The translations under genes and the position numbers were made by a program. The notes beneath the pieces were generated by a model. It was given only the letters and a program-made list of their open reading frames with translations. It did not search any database and was not told the origin of the DNA. This document shows, piece by piece, positions 19,648-28,540 of a DNA stretch of 64,000 bases (its first letter is position 1; each line of letters opens with the position of its first letter). The DNA comes from an uncultured Bdellovibrio sp. Its GTDB lineage: Bacteria; Bdellovibrionota; Bdellovibrionia; Bdellovibrionales; Bdellovibrionaceae. Location: contig CAWVRN010000002.1 of assembly GCA_963932905.1 (NCBI GenBank), positions 128,001-192,000 of the forward strand, in the 5' to 3' direction.

Positions 19648-20402
19648 AGATTTTTATTTTGATCCTTTTCTTCATATCCTGTTCCTATTCGGTACCGGTA
19701 CACGAGTTCTTTAAGAAAGGAAATGTCGCCTACTATCAAATTAATTCGACAAATATTTTCGATTATTTTAGGCGCAAATTAAAATGGCCTTCAAACGGTC
19801 ATGCAGAATTATTTGAATCGTGTCGTAAGCAATATACTCATTTTGGTTTAGATTTAAATAGCGATGTAAAAGTAACTTTGTTTCAAATTAAATTGGGACT
19901 CGATACGACAAAAACTCAAAACCTAGACTATTACTGTTTAGTTAATGCGTCCATCGCAAAACAGTTCGAGAAAATTGAAGGTAAGAAGAGGATTAAATTA
20001 CAAGCGGGTTTGTATTACCATTTGAAATGGAATATTTTAGATTCGAAACTGTCCGTGTTTGTAGTCGAAAAATCCTTACCTGCGTCGTCTGCTAGCGCTT
20101 CATTGCCAAGTGGATTCTCGTTTCTATCGTTGTACTTGTCGAATCTGGAAACTGGAAAAAAGATCTATTTTATGAAAACGACAGATAGGCGCAAAGCTAC
20201 AACTATTCATCCTTTGCTGGATATAAAATACCCCGTTCTTTTAGATGAACAAAATGGCGAATATGAATTCGCACTCATCGAAACCAATCCTCAGTTTTTT
20301 GAAGAGAAAACTAGAGGTGTATTTAAAGAATTCAGCCATATATTTGGCATAATTCCCGATCGCATGGCGTGGCGAGGCGGACCGATAGCGGTGATGCCAT
20401 GA
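19644..20402 (+). CDS. Hypothetical exported protein, possible lipoprotein
   Basis: MKIFILILFFISC signal/lipobox-like; ATGA-coupled on both sides. Confidence 0.7.
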   Translation: MKIFILILFFISCSYSVPVHEFFKKGNVAYYQINSTNIFDYFRRKLKWPSNGHAELFESCRKQYTHFGLDLNSDVKVTLFQIKLGLDTTKTQNLDYYCLVNASIAKQFEKIEGKKRIKLQAGLYYHLKWNILDSKLSVFVVEKSLPASSASASLPSGFSFLSLYLSNLETGKKIYFMKTTDRRKATTIHPLLDIKYPVLLDEQNGEYEFALIETNPQFFEEKTRGVFKEFSHIFGIIPDRMAWRGGPIAVMP

Positions 20403-21445
20403 CCAGTATTCAAGAAACTAGTCCTCCTAGACTTTATTTGTTGGATTGGGTTCGTCTTATTTTTTTGAGTCTAATTTTTTTATATGATGCCTACGCGGCG
20501 GTCTGGCCAGGGGAAGTTCAGTGGCCCTTCGGTAAAGCCTTTACGTGGGATTGGTCGTATAACTTTTTTGCTAGCTTTTCGTTCGCGGGTTTTGTGGTGT
20601 TAGCCGCATTTGCATTTTTGGCCGGTTATAAAAAGGGCAAAGTTCAGTTTTTTAACTTACTCGTTTTGTTGTTTGTAGGAGTCATCGCAGTCAGTTTTTG
20701 GGAAGGTGGATTGAAGTGGGAATCTTTAGGTAATGAATGGGATATTTATCATTATCTTTTGATCAATGCGTTTTGTATTTACTTGATCAGTTGGAAGCCA
20801 AAATTAAAATGGATATTAGGTCTTGTTGGAATTTCGTTGTTCCTTTTGCCTTGGAAAAACTACGCCGCTGATTTTAATTTTTCTATACCTATCCAGAGAA
20901 TTTTTACAGGCATTTGCTTGCAGGACGGTCGAGGTGGATGGCACCTGTTTCCTTGGATCGGTCTTTCTTGGGTGATGTATCTTTTTGGTGACATCACGGC
21001 TCGACGACCATTTGTTCAGATCCGTGAGCTGGTGTTATGGGTGCCTGTTCTGGCTTTTTGTTTTTGGAATTGGGGAGCTTATAGTCATCCGCCATTGAGC
21101 CTTGGATTCTATTGCTACGTGTTCGGTCAGTCTAATTTGAATTTTTGGATTCACATGTTACCTATTATGTTTTTATTTCGAGTTTCTACGGCTTCGTTTG
21201 TTCAAAAAATATTTATAAATTACCCGGTTTTACAATGGCCTTCACATTTGTATATGAGTAAAAAACTGGGGCTTGCGTTTCTCACGCACATCGTTGTTTG
21301 CTCGGTTTTTGCTGAGTTCGAAGCGTTTTTTCAAACGTCTTCGCTACGGCTAGAGATATATTTTATTGTTATCCTTCCCTTGATTGAAGGATTTACACGG
21401 TTGCTAGACATGCTTATGGTAAGGATAAGAGCTAAGATGGCTTGA
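20399..21445 (+). CDS. Polytopic membrane protein, DUF1624/HGSNAT-like acyltransferase
   Basis: RLYLLDWVR N-terminus, WDIYHYL, WHLFPWIG. Start moved from 20369 to ATG 20399 (ATGA overlap). Confidence 0.6.
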   Translation: MTSIQETSPPRLYLLDWVRLIFLSLIFLYDAYAAVWPGEVQWPFGKAFTWDWSYNFFASFSFAGFVVLAAFAFLAGYKKGKVQFFNLLVLLFVGVIAVSFWEGGLKWESLGNEWDIYHYLLINAFCIYLISWKPKLKWILGLVGISLFLLPWKNYAADFNFSIPIQRIFTGICLQDGRGGWHLFPWIGLSWVMYLFGDITARRPFVQIRELVLWVPVLAFCFWNWGAYSHPPLSLGFYCYVFGQSNLNFWIHMLPIMFLFRVSTASFVQKIFINYPVLQWPSHLYMSKKLGLAFLTHIVVCSVFAEFEAFFQTSSLRLEIYFIVILPLIEGFTRLLDMLMVRIRAKMA

Positions 21446-21588
21446 AATATTTACTGTACGTTTTCTTTTCGTTTTCAATAAAATCTACAAATTCAAAATC
21501 GCTAGACAAGTGATTTCATTCCCGTCATTTATTTTCATGGAAAAAACAGAGGATTTGAGTTATCACACTATCCCTATGGGGAGCTTAC

Positions 21589-22803
21589 ATGGCAAATAGA
21601 GCAATATTAAGGGGTTTGGCTAGTTCTACTAAGAATTTAACAATAGCTCTTATTTTTTCATCTCAGTCACTTTGGGCGCAAGCGCCTGCAACGTCGTCGA
21701 CAACTTTGCCCTCTAACGGAACTACGTCTACTACTTTAGCGACAAAGCCTGAAGAGAAAGACAAAAAATTAAGTGGTTCAGTTAAGGTCACAACATTAGG
21801 TCGCGGGATTCAAGATAAGAACTTGAAATCAAGAGTTGGGTGGACATTCGTAGAAGCGGGTGTTGATACTGAGTATACAGACTGGTTGGCATTCAATATC
21901 GGTGTTGTCGGCGTATTCGGTGAAGGCGCGGGACAAAACTATCTTTCTGATGAAGGCGGCGGTTCAAGCGCTCTGTTATTAGATTATGCTGGTGTTAACA
22001 TTAAGCCAATTCAACAAATCAATTTAAAAGCAGGTGTGATCGGTTACCAAATCAATCCACTTTACACAACTATGTCTCCAGGGACTAGTTTGGGTGCTGA
22101 ACAAAAATTTGAATTAGCGACTCCATCAGAAACTTTTAAATTCACTCTACAAGGTAACGAAGCCGTTCCTTCAGTGGGTGTTTCTAAAGGTTTAGTTGAA
22201 GACGATAAAAATCCATTCTTCTTAGCTGGTTCAGTTATCGGCGAAGTGAATGTGAAACCAATCGGGACTAAATTAAAATTAGCGGGCACACAGTTCAGAT
22301 TCGGTAACTTACCAAAAAGCCAAGCAGCAAGTTCATTAACTGCGGGTAACTCGGTAAACGCAGTAGCTGGCGTGGGCGATGAAATGCAATACGTAATCAG
22401 TTTCGCTGGTACTGAAGTAGCTGCGGTTCTTGAAACGGATTGGACTTCAAAAGTAAAAACAACGGCTAAAGCTGTGGCGATCAAAAATGATCGTATTACT
22501 GAAGCGAATACGGGCCGTATGGGTCGTTTCGATTTAAGAATGGTTTTTGGCAATATCGCTTTAAAACCATCGGTAACTGTTTTCGAAGTGCAAGCAGATA
22601 CAACTCCAGCAGGGTACACAATCTTGTCTAATCGATATAACAATCGTAAAGGTCAAGTGGCTGGTCTAAGCCTAGAGTTAGTTAAGCAGAAGGTCATTTT
22701 CTTCGGTAACTACACTAAGGCAGAAGAAATTGTGGATAGTCCGTTTTTATCAGATAGAGAAATTTATAATATTGGGGTGGAGGTTAACTATGATCTTTTC
22801 TAG
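21589..22803 (+). CDS. Putative outer-membrane beta-barrel protein
   Basis: Signal peptide, Ser/Thr linker, alternating amphipathic strands, C-terminal IGVEVNYDLF beta-signal. Confidence 0.75.
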   Translation: MANRAILRGLASSTKNLTIALIFSSQSLWAQAPATSSTTLPSNGTTSTTLATKPEEKDKKLSGSVKVTTLGRGIQDKNLKSRVGWTFVEAGVDTEYTDWLAFNIGVVGVFGEGAGQNYLSDEGGGSSALLLDYAGVNIKPIQQINLKAGVIGYQINPLYTTMSPGTSLGAEQKFELATPSETFKFTLQGNEAVPSVGVSKGLVEDDKNPFFLAGSVIGEVNVKPIGTKLKLAGTQFRFGNLPKSQAASSLTAGNSVNAVAGVGDEMQYVISFAGTEVAAVLETDWTSKVKTTAKAVAIKNDRITEANTGRMGRFDLRMVFGNIALKPSVTVFEVQADTTPAGYTILSNRYNNRKGQVAGLSLELVKQKVIFFGNYTKAEEIVDSPFLSDREIYNIGVEVNYDLF

Positions 22804-24955
22804 AAATAAGGTGAAAAGCCTATTAGGTGTTTTCTTAAGCGCAGGTTTGTTAATCTCTTGTAGTGAGAACAATGAACCGCAAGTCAAAGGTGCAAACAAT
22901 TCTACGTTCTACGTAGATGCTTTAACAGCGAAGTTTGCTACTGTTGGTGAGCCAAATGCTCAAGGTAAACAAAGCAAAAAATTGATTTCGTTTGAAGCGT
23001 GTTTAAAAGACAACGCGCAAACTAATTCAGTTAGTAACTTGAAATTTGATATCGTTGCTGGTGAAGCCGCTGCGACGAAAGTTTCTGACTACCGTGGTTG
23101 CCTAGTTTGGTACGAATTAGTGGATTTTGATCCAGATGCAGAAGTTAAAAACATCTTCATGTCTCGTGACGTAAAAGCAACGGAATCCCATTCAGGAACT
23201 GAAAAACTAGTTTTCTGGGTTAATCCACATAAAGATACGTTTGAATTTAATCGTCATGGTACTGCTGGAGCGGCTATGCAATCAGCTCCAATTAGCTACA
23301 AATTAAGTCGTGATGTTAAAACTAGCTCGTTAGCTGGTTATGACTATGACATCTACGTTAAAATCAATGAAGACGTGAACAGCTTGTTAAGCCCAATTCG
23401 TCGTCAAGCAGAGATCACATCTTTGCGTTTAGATTTCCGTAATATCGATTACACAAACATCGAAGTTGATTCAAAAATGAATTTAACTTTCCCATATACA
23501 TATAAGACAAGCTTAGCGATGGACCTAATCCGTCAAGATCTTGGAAATATCACGGCTGAGAAAATCAAACGTGGTAACTTTATGTTCAACTTAGTGTTCT
23601 TAAAAGATATGGCTAAAGTTGATAAACCATCAGCATCTGATGTAGTAGCTGCGGTTCAATGGTCGGCTCGTCCACGGGGCGATGCAGGTTTAATTGAAGT
23701 TCCTATCAGCGTTAAGTTTAGCAACATTGCAGCGTTATCAAGCCGTATGAACGTTTTATTAACGATCACATCTTTAGATACGCCAGCTTTGTTTGCTGAT
23801 CAAAGCTATGATGGTATCGTTAACGGTATTTCAGCCAATGACAACTTGGATATCTCTTTGATTCCAAATGAAAATAGCGCTCGTGATTTGTTAGAAAAAT
23901 ACGAAGCTGAAAAAGCGCAGAAGCCAGTTCGTAACTTAACTGCTAAACAAGTTCTTGAATCTGAAGGTTTCGAAGCAGTTTCAAGTGCGGCTGTTAAATT
24001 TTCTTCCAGCAAAGGTTTCTTTTCGAAACCAACGGAATCGACTGTTGATTTAGCTAAAGTGGTTGAAAACTTGGGCGAGAACCAACAATTAACTGACGTG
24101 GAAGAAAAAGCAGTTTGTGCGGCTTTCTTTTTGGGTAAAATGCAAGGTAATGAAAAAGCGTACAAAGATTGCTTAAACAGTCCAAATCGCGTGTTGAATG
24201 CGGAAATTCGCGAATTTGCGAATTCGGTGGATGGTAAACCTTCAAACATTTCTTTCGGTAGAACTGAAAATTTAAAAATCAGCGCTGCGTTTGAATTAGC
24301 TCAAGGTTCCTCAAAAACATCTGGTTACAATCTGGATGCTAATATCGGTGGAAATATCGATGCTGGTGCAACAGCTGGTATCGGTGCACTGATCCCTGTT
24401 CCTAAAGCTCCGGTTAAAACGGACGTTGGTATCGGTGTTAAACTTGGTTTAGGTGGCAAAGCATACACAGCTAAAGCATTAGAGAAATCTGAAAAAGGCA
24501 CGAAAGCTGTTAGTATCTCTTCTACTGAGGCGGTTTCTTCGCAGCCAATCGCGGTTACTTTGGATCTAACGACAACTAAGTGTTTACTTGTTGTTGCTAA
24601 CCAAAACTATGTCGCGAGTACTAAAGCTGGAGCAATGCCTAAAGCAAAATACTTATGCTCTAAGAACGCGTTAAAAGGTCAACGTACTGAATACTTCTTC
24701 TTGTTGAATCATCAACGTGTAGATGGAAACAGCGCTGTGACAGATATGCATTCGGCCGTAGTTAATCCTTTAAGAATGTTAGTTCGTGGTCAACGACCAT
24801 ACGAATTCTTAAAAGGAATTTTAACTAGCGAAAAATTCAGCTACAAATTATTAGTTGGAATGAACGCTGATCAAGTTACTGAAGACCCAACTAACTTTGT
24901 AACTCAAGAAGCTCCAATGATGCTTTCTTCGACACGCAAAGTAGTTCTTAAATAG
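22790..24955 (+). CDS. Large lipoprotein of unknown function
   Basis: Start moved from 22730 to ATG 22790 (GGAGG RBS); lipobox-like LLISC; beta-rich. Confidence 0.8.
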   Translation: MIFSRNKVKSLLGVFLSAGLLISCSENNEPQVKGANNSTFYVDALTAKFATVGEPNAQGKQSKKLISFEACLKDNAQTNSVSNLKFDIVAGEAAATKVSDYRGCLVWYELVDFDPDAEVKNIFMSRDVKATESHSGTEKLVFWVNPHKDTFEFNRHGTAGAAMQSAPISYKLSRDVKTSSLAGYDYDIYVKINEDVNSLLSPIRRQAEITSLRLDFRNIDYTNIEVDSKMNLTFPYTYKTSLAMDLIRQDLGNITAEKIKRGNFMFNLVFLKDMAKVDKPSASDVVAAVQWSARPRGDAGLIEVPISVKFSNIAALSSRMNVLLTITSLDTPALFADQSYDGIVNGISANDNLDISLIPNENSARDLLEKYEAEKAQKPVRNLTAKQVLESEGFEAVSSAAVKFSSSKGFFSKPTESTVDLAKVVENLGENQQLTDVEEKAVCAAFFLGKMQGNEKAYKDCLNSPNRVLNAEIREFANSVDGKPSNISFGRTENLKISAAFELAQGSSKTSGYNLDANIGGNIDAGATAGIGALIPVPKAPVKTDVGIGVKLGLGGKAYTAKALEKSEKGTKAVSISSTEAVSSQPIAVTLDLTTTKCLLVVANQNYVASTKAGAMPKAKYLCSKNALKGQRTEYFFLLNHQRVDGNSAVTDMHSAVVNPLRMLVRGQRPYEFLKGILTSEKFSYKLLVGMNADQVTEDPTNFVTQEAPMMLSSTRKVVLK

Positions 24956-25000
24956 GGGTACCTCCTAACATTCTGGTACCCGGCGCGTTGAAAAATGTGT

Positions 25001-26542
25001 TTAAGCAGCGGATTGTTTGCGTGATGAAGATTCTTGGGCGATAGCTCCATGGACTTCGATTGGTAAATCTAGGCCTCGGATTTTTTGTAGGCCTAGATTT
25101 GTAAATTTAGATCTGTGTTTTGAGTTCACTTTGTTTAGGAAGTGCGAACTGACCACCAGCCCTACTTGATTGTCTTTACATAACCCTTCTAATCGAGACG
25201 TAACATTCACCGGATCGCCGATGATGGTATACTGAAGCTTATCTTTAGAGCCAATAGATCCTAAGATTACGGTCCCTTCGTGAAGACCAATGCCTAATTG
25301 AATTTTAGGAAGGTTCTTCTTTCTAAGTTTGATATTCGTTTGATTCAATTTGATGTGCATGTCGAAAGCGGCTTTCAGCATGTTTTCGTATACCTTTGGT
25401 GAGCCTTCTTCAATCGCATACGCCAAGATCCCATCACCGATGAATTTATCGACTACGATACCGTTTTCAACAAAGACTTCGATCATGTCAGAGAAATAGA
25501 TGTTAAGCATATCTACAACGTCTTGAGGTTTTAGCTGCGAAGATAATGTTGTGAAGTTTCTGATGTCAGCCATCATAATAGCGACTTTTTTGGAATCGCC
25601 AGAATAAGCATACGCTGGTTCATCTTTATCTAATATATCTTGCGCGACAGAGTCAGAAACAAAGGAAGAGAAACCTTTTAATAGGCGACCTTTTTTTACT
25701 AGAGTATCAGATAGGCGATTCATTAAATTAAATACGACCGAGAAAAATCCTGAATTCATCGTATTTGAGCGAAACATGAAATTTTGCGATTGGATCGATT
25801 GCAAGTGGCATTCAACTTCACGTGATAGAATCAAATTTTTATAAAAGTCGAAATAGAAGATAATCATCTGCCAAACAATCACCACGCCCGTTAAATAGAA
25901 GAATTTTTCTTTTTGTTCAGCCATGATTTGCTCTGGGTTTTCCCAGCCAGTTTGGCGGATGAACATCAACGAGAAGTAGCTGCCAAAGAACAAGACAATA
26001 CCAATCACAGGAATAATTTTGTTTTTTTGTTCAATGACCCAAAGATGGAAAAGGGTTTGATTAGAAGCAACAGATTCTCTAAATACGCGCTTACGAGTAA
26101 TAAATAATAGTTCCGTTTCAATCCATTGCCATGTGGTAACCAAAATCATTGACATGCATATCCACAGAAACATTTTAATAGAATCCGCATTAGGACTGAT
26201 GTCGGAAAGATGTTTGTCGTATATAGAAGAATTTAAATAGAAGTTGGCAAAATGGATGGCAAGGAAGGCGACAGGAAGAAGGTTCACCGTCAACGATTTC
26301 GACAAGAACGTTTTCGGCCATTTTTTAATCGCGTAGAAGAATCCAAACAAAGTCAGCGTCTGAATCAGAACAACCGTGACCGCAAACTGAGTAGCCACGC
26401 GGCATCCAAATAGAAAGCCATGTTCCTGCATGATCGGGCAAATGTTTACGCCAAAGTAGGACAGCACTGGAATCAGTGCTAGGTGCGAGCAGATGAAGAA
26501 GACAAAGCTGATGAGGGTGAACTTCTGAATTCGCATGCCCAT
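25001..26542 (-). CDS. Membrane class III adenylate/guanylate cyclase, probably adenylyl
   Basis: About six TMs, HAMP-like linker, ADIRNFT, DKFIGDG, YTIIGDPVNVTSRLE (Lys/Thr purine-specifying pair). Confidence 0.92.
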   Translation of the reverse strand: MGMRIQKFTLISFVFFICSHLALIPVLSYFGVNICPIMQEHGFLFGCRVATQFAVTVVLIQTLTLFGFFYAIKKWPKTFLSKSLTVNLLPVAFLAIHFANFYLNSSIYDKHLSDISPNADSIKMFLWICMSMILVTTWQWIETELLFITRKRVFRESVASNQTLFHLWVIEQKNKIIPVIGIVLFFGSYFSLMFIRQTGWENPEQIMAEQKEKFFYLTGVVIVWQMIIFYFDFYKNLILSREVECHLQSIQSQNFMFRSNTMNSGFFSVVFNLMNRLSDTLVKKGRLLKGFSSFVSDSVAQDILDKDEPAYAYSGDSKKVAIMMADIRNFTTLSSQLKPQDVVDMLNIYFSDMIEVFVENGIVVDKFIGDGILAYAIEEGSPKVYENMLKAAFDMHIKLNQTNIKLRKKNLPKIQLGIGLHEGTVILGSIGSKDKLQYTIIGDPVNVTSRLEGLCKDNQVGLVVSSHFLNKVNSKHRSKFTNLGLQKIRGLDLPIEVHGAIAQESSSRKQSAA

Positions 26543-26543
26543 A

Positions 26544-26570
26544 CTATCGGTAGACTTTGGTAAAGCATTA
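26544..26570 (-). promoter_or_regulatory. Putative sigma-28 (FliA) promoter
   Basis: TAAT-N15-ACCGATAG directly upstream of the cyclase gene. Confidence 0.45.
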
Positions 26571-26647
26571 CGGGTTTCTGATGAAAATTCGCTGTGATTA
26601 AAGAGTCACACGAAGATTGGGTTTAGTGACTCATGAAATCTTTAAAT

Positions 26648-28060
26648 TTACGAAGGAAGTGACTCTTTTTGAGTCACATTTTCGGAATTCAACGTGGCTG
26701 ATGCGTTGATACCAAGGGTCTCATCGACCGGAAGATTCAACCACTGCGCGAAAGCAACGCGGGCATTTTGGATTTGTAGATCCTTTTTTGCCTTCTTATC
26801 TGCCTTTTTACCCACCATGCCTTCGATCGGAGGAAGCAAGCCAAAATTGATGTTGGTCGGTTGAAAGTGTTTAGCGCGAGTTTCATCCGTGATAGCTTCT
26901 AAAATAGAACCCATGGCGGAGGCTCGCGGAGGATACGAAACTTCCCGGCCATTAATTTTATCATCCAAGAACTTGGCAACCAGAGCGCCCGTGCACGTTG
27001 ATTCAAAATAGCCTTCAACGCCCGTGATTTGACCAGCGAAGAACAACCAAGGGTCTTTGCGACTAGAAAGATCCTTGTTCAATAATGACGGCGTATTGAT
27101 GAACAGATTGCGATGAATACTGCCTAGTTTTAAGAACTCAGCATTTTCAAGACCTGGAATTGTTCGGAAAATACGGACTTGTTCACCGTAAGTCATGCGC
27201 GTTTGAAAACCGACCATGTTAAACGCCGTACCTTCTTTATTATCCTGTCTTAGCTGAACAATTGCATATTCGTCGCGGCCTGTTTTTGGATTTGCTAAGC
27301 CGACTGGTTTCATCGGGCCAAATCGAGGTGTTTGTAGTCCGCGTTCAACCATGGTTTCGATCGGCATACACCCTTCGAAGTAACTGGTTTTCTCGAATTC
27401 TTTCGGTTCCACTTTTTTTGCTGCTTCGATTTCACGGACGAAATTCCAATACTGTTCTTTATTGAACGGGCAGTTGATGTAATCGGGAGTGCCTTTATCA
27501 TAGCGATCGGCTTTCCAACAGATATCCATGTTGATGGAATCAACATCTATGATCGGCGCGATTGCATCGAAGAAGTACAAGAAGTTTCCGCCGAAGTGCT
27601 CTTGCATAGATGCTGCCAATGAAGGTGCTGTTAAGGGACCCGTAGCGATCACCAGTGGACGAGGTAACTGATCAAGGCTGTTGATCATCTCGTCGTACAC
27701 TTTGATATTCGGATTTGATTTTACTAATTGATCCATGTTCGCAGAAAAACGTTCGCGATCGACGCTTAATGCTTGGCCAGCGGGAACGGCGTTAGATTTT
27801 GCAGTTTTTAAAACGAACGAATTTAATTTTTCCGCTTCCCATTTTAATTGGTGAGGCGCACTTCCTTCAGACTGTGAACCGAATGAGTTTGAACATACAA
27901 TTTCTGCTAAATTCGGTGATTTATGTGCTTCCGAAAAATGTTTAGGCTTCATTTCGTAAAGATGTACAAAATACCCACGTGATGCCAGCTGTAATGCACA
28001 CTCAGACCCGGCTAAACCGCCACCTACAACATAAATTTCTTTTTTACTTGAAGCCGTCAT
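26648..28060 (-). CDS. trmFO: Folate/FAD-dependent tRNA U54 methyltransferase
   Basis: GGGLAGSECA, AEIVCSNS, FFDAIAPI, YFEGCMPIE, FAGQITGVEGY. Confidence 0.97.
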   Translation of the reverse strand: MTASSKKEIYVVGGGLAGSECALQLASRGYFVHLYEMKPKHFSEAHKSPNLAEIVCSNSFGSQSEGSAPHQLKWEAEKLNSFVLKTAKSNAVPAGQALSVDRERFSANMDQLVKSNPNIKVYDEMINSLDQLPRPLVIATGPLTAPSLAASMQEHFGGNFLYFFDAIAPIIDVDSINMDICWKADRYDKGTPDYINCPFNKEQYWNFVREIEAAKKVEPKEFEKTSYFEGCMPIETMVERGLQTPRFGPMKPVGLANPKTGRDEYAIVQLRQDNKEGTAFNMVGFQTRMTYGEQVRIFRTIPGLENAEFLKLGSIHRNLFINTPSLLNKDLSSRKDPWLFFAGQITGVEGYFESTCTGALVAKFLDDKINGREVSYPPRASAMGSILEAITDETRAKHFQPTNINFGLLPPIEGMVGKKADKKAKKDLQIQNARVAFAQWLNLPVDETLGINASATLNSENVTQKESLPS

Positions 28061-28084
28061 AAATTCTTTATAACCTCGCGGGAA

Positions 28085-28483
28085 ATGGACGAAATAGACT
28101 ATAAGACCAAATTTAAAGTCAGTAGCCAGGTTCTACAGAGCTTGTTTGAGAATGGCAAGAGCCCATTGTCAGAGCATTTCTTACGTTGGAAATTATGGTC
28201 ACGATGGAAAGAGTTGATGGGCGACGGTATCGCAGAAAACTCAGAACCAGTGGGATATCACCAGAAAAAGCTCTACATTTTTGTAAAAAATTCAAGCGTC
28301 ATGCACCACATGTATTTCCTAAAGAAAAACATGATCAAAAAAATCGCCAAAGAATTTCATCCTACATTCGTGAATGAGATCATTTTCACATTAGATAAAC
28401 GAAGCGTTCCGCGCGAAAGCATCCAGTCGGATACCTTGAAAGAAAACATCGATAAAATCTTGCAGCGAGACGCCGAGGACTAA
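28085..28483 (+). CDS. DUF721/DciA-family protein
   Basis: LW..W.ELMG..IA.NSEPV...L.I.V.NS pattern. Confidence 0.75.
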   Translation: MDEIDYKTKFKVSSQVLQSLFENGKSPLSEHFLRWKLWSRWKELMGDGIAENSEPVGYHQKKLYIFVKNSSVMHHMYFLKKNMIKKIAKEFHPTFVNEIIFTLDKRSVPRESIQSDTLKENIDKILQRDAED

Positions 28484-28486
28484 GAA

Positions 28487-28537
28487 GTGCCAGGCTACTT
28501 TTCCGGACGCGCTGCTTACGTAAAAGTAGCCTGGCAC
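28487..28537. repeat. REP-like inverted repeat / bidirectional terminator between convergent genes
   Basis: GTGCCAGGCTACTTTT ... AAAAGTAGCCTGGCAC, perfect 16-bp arms. Confidence 0.7.
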
Positions 28538-28540
28538 CGG

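Noticed and set aside
22062..24249. Antisense ORFs 22062..22643 and 23806..24249
   Set aside because: Mirror frames opposite codon-biased sense genes.
14078..24955. Accessory block as a prophage or integrative element
   Set aside because: No integrase, transposase, phage gene, tRNA target or flanking direct repeat seen.
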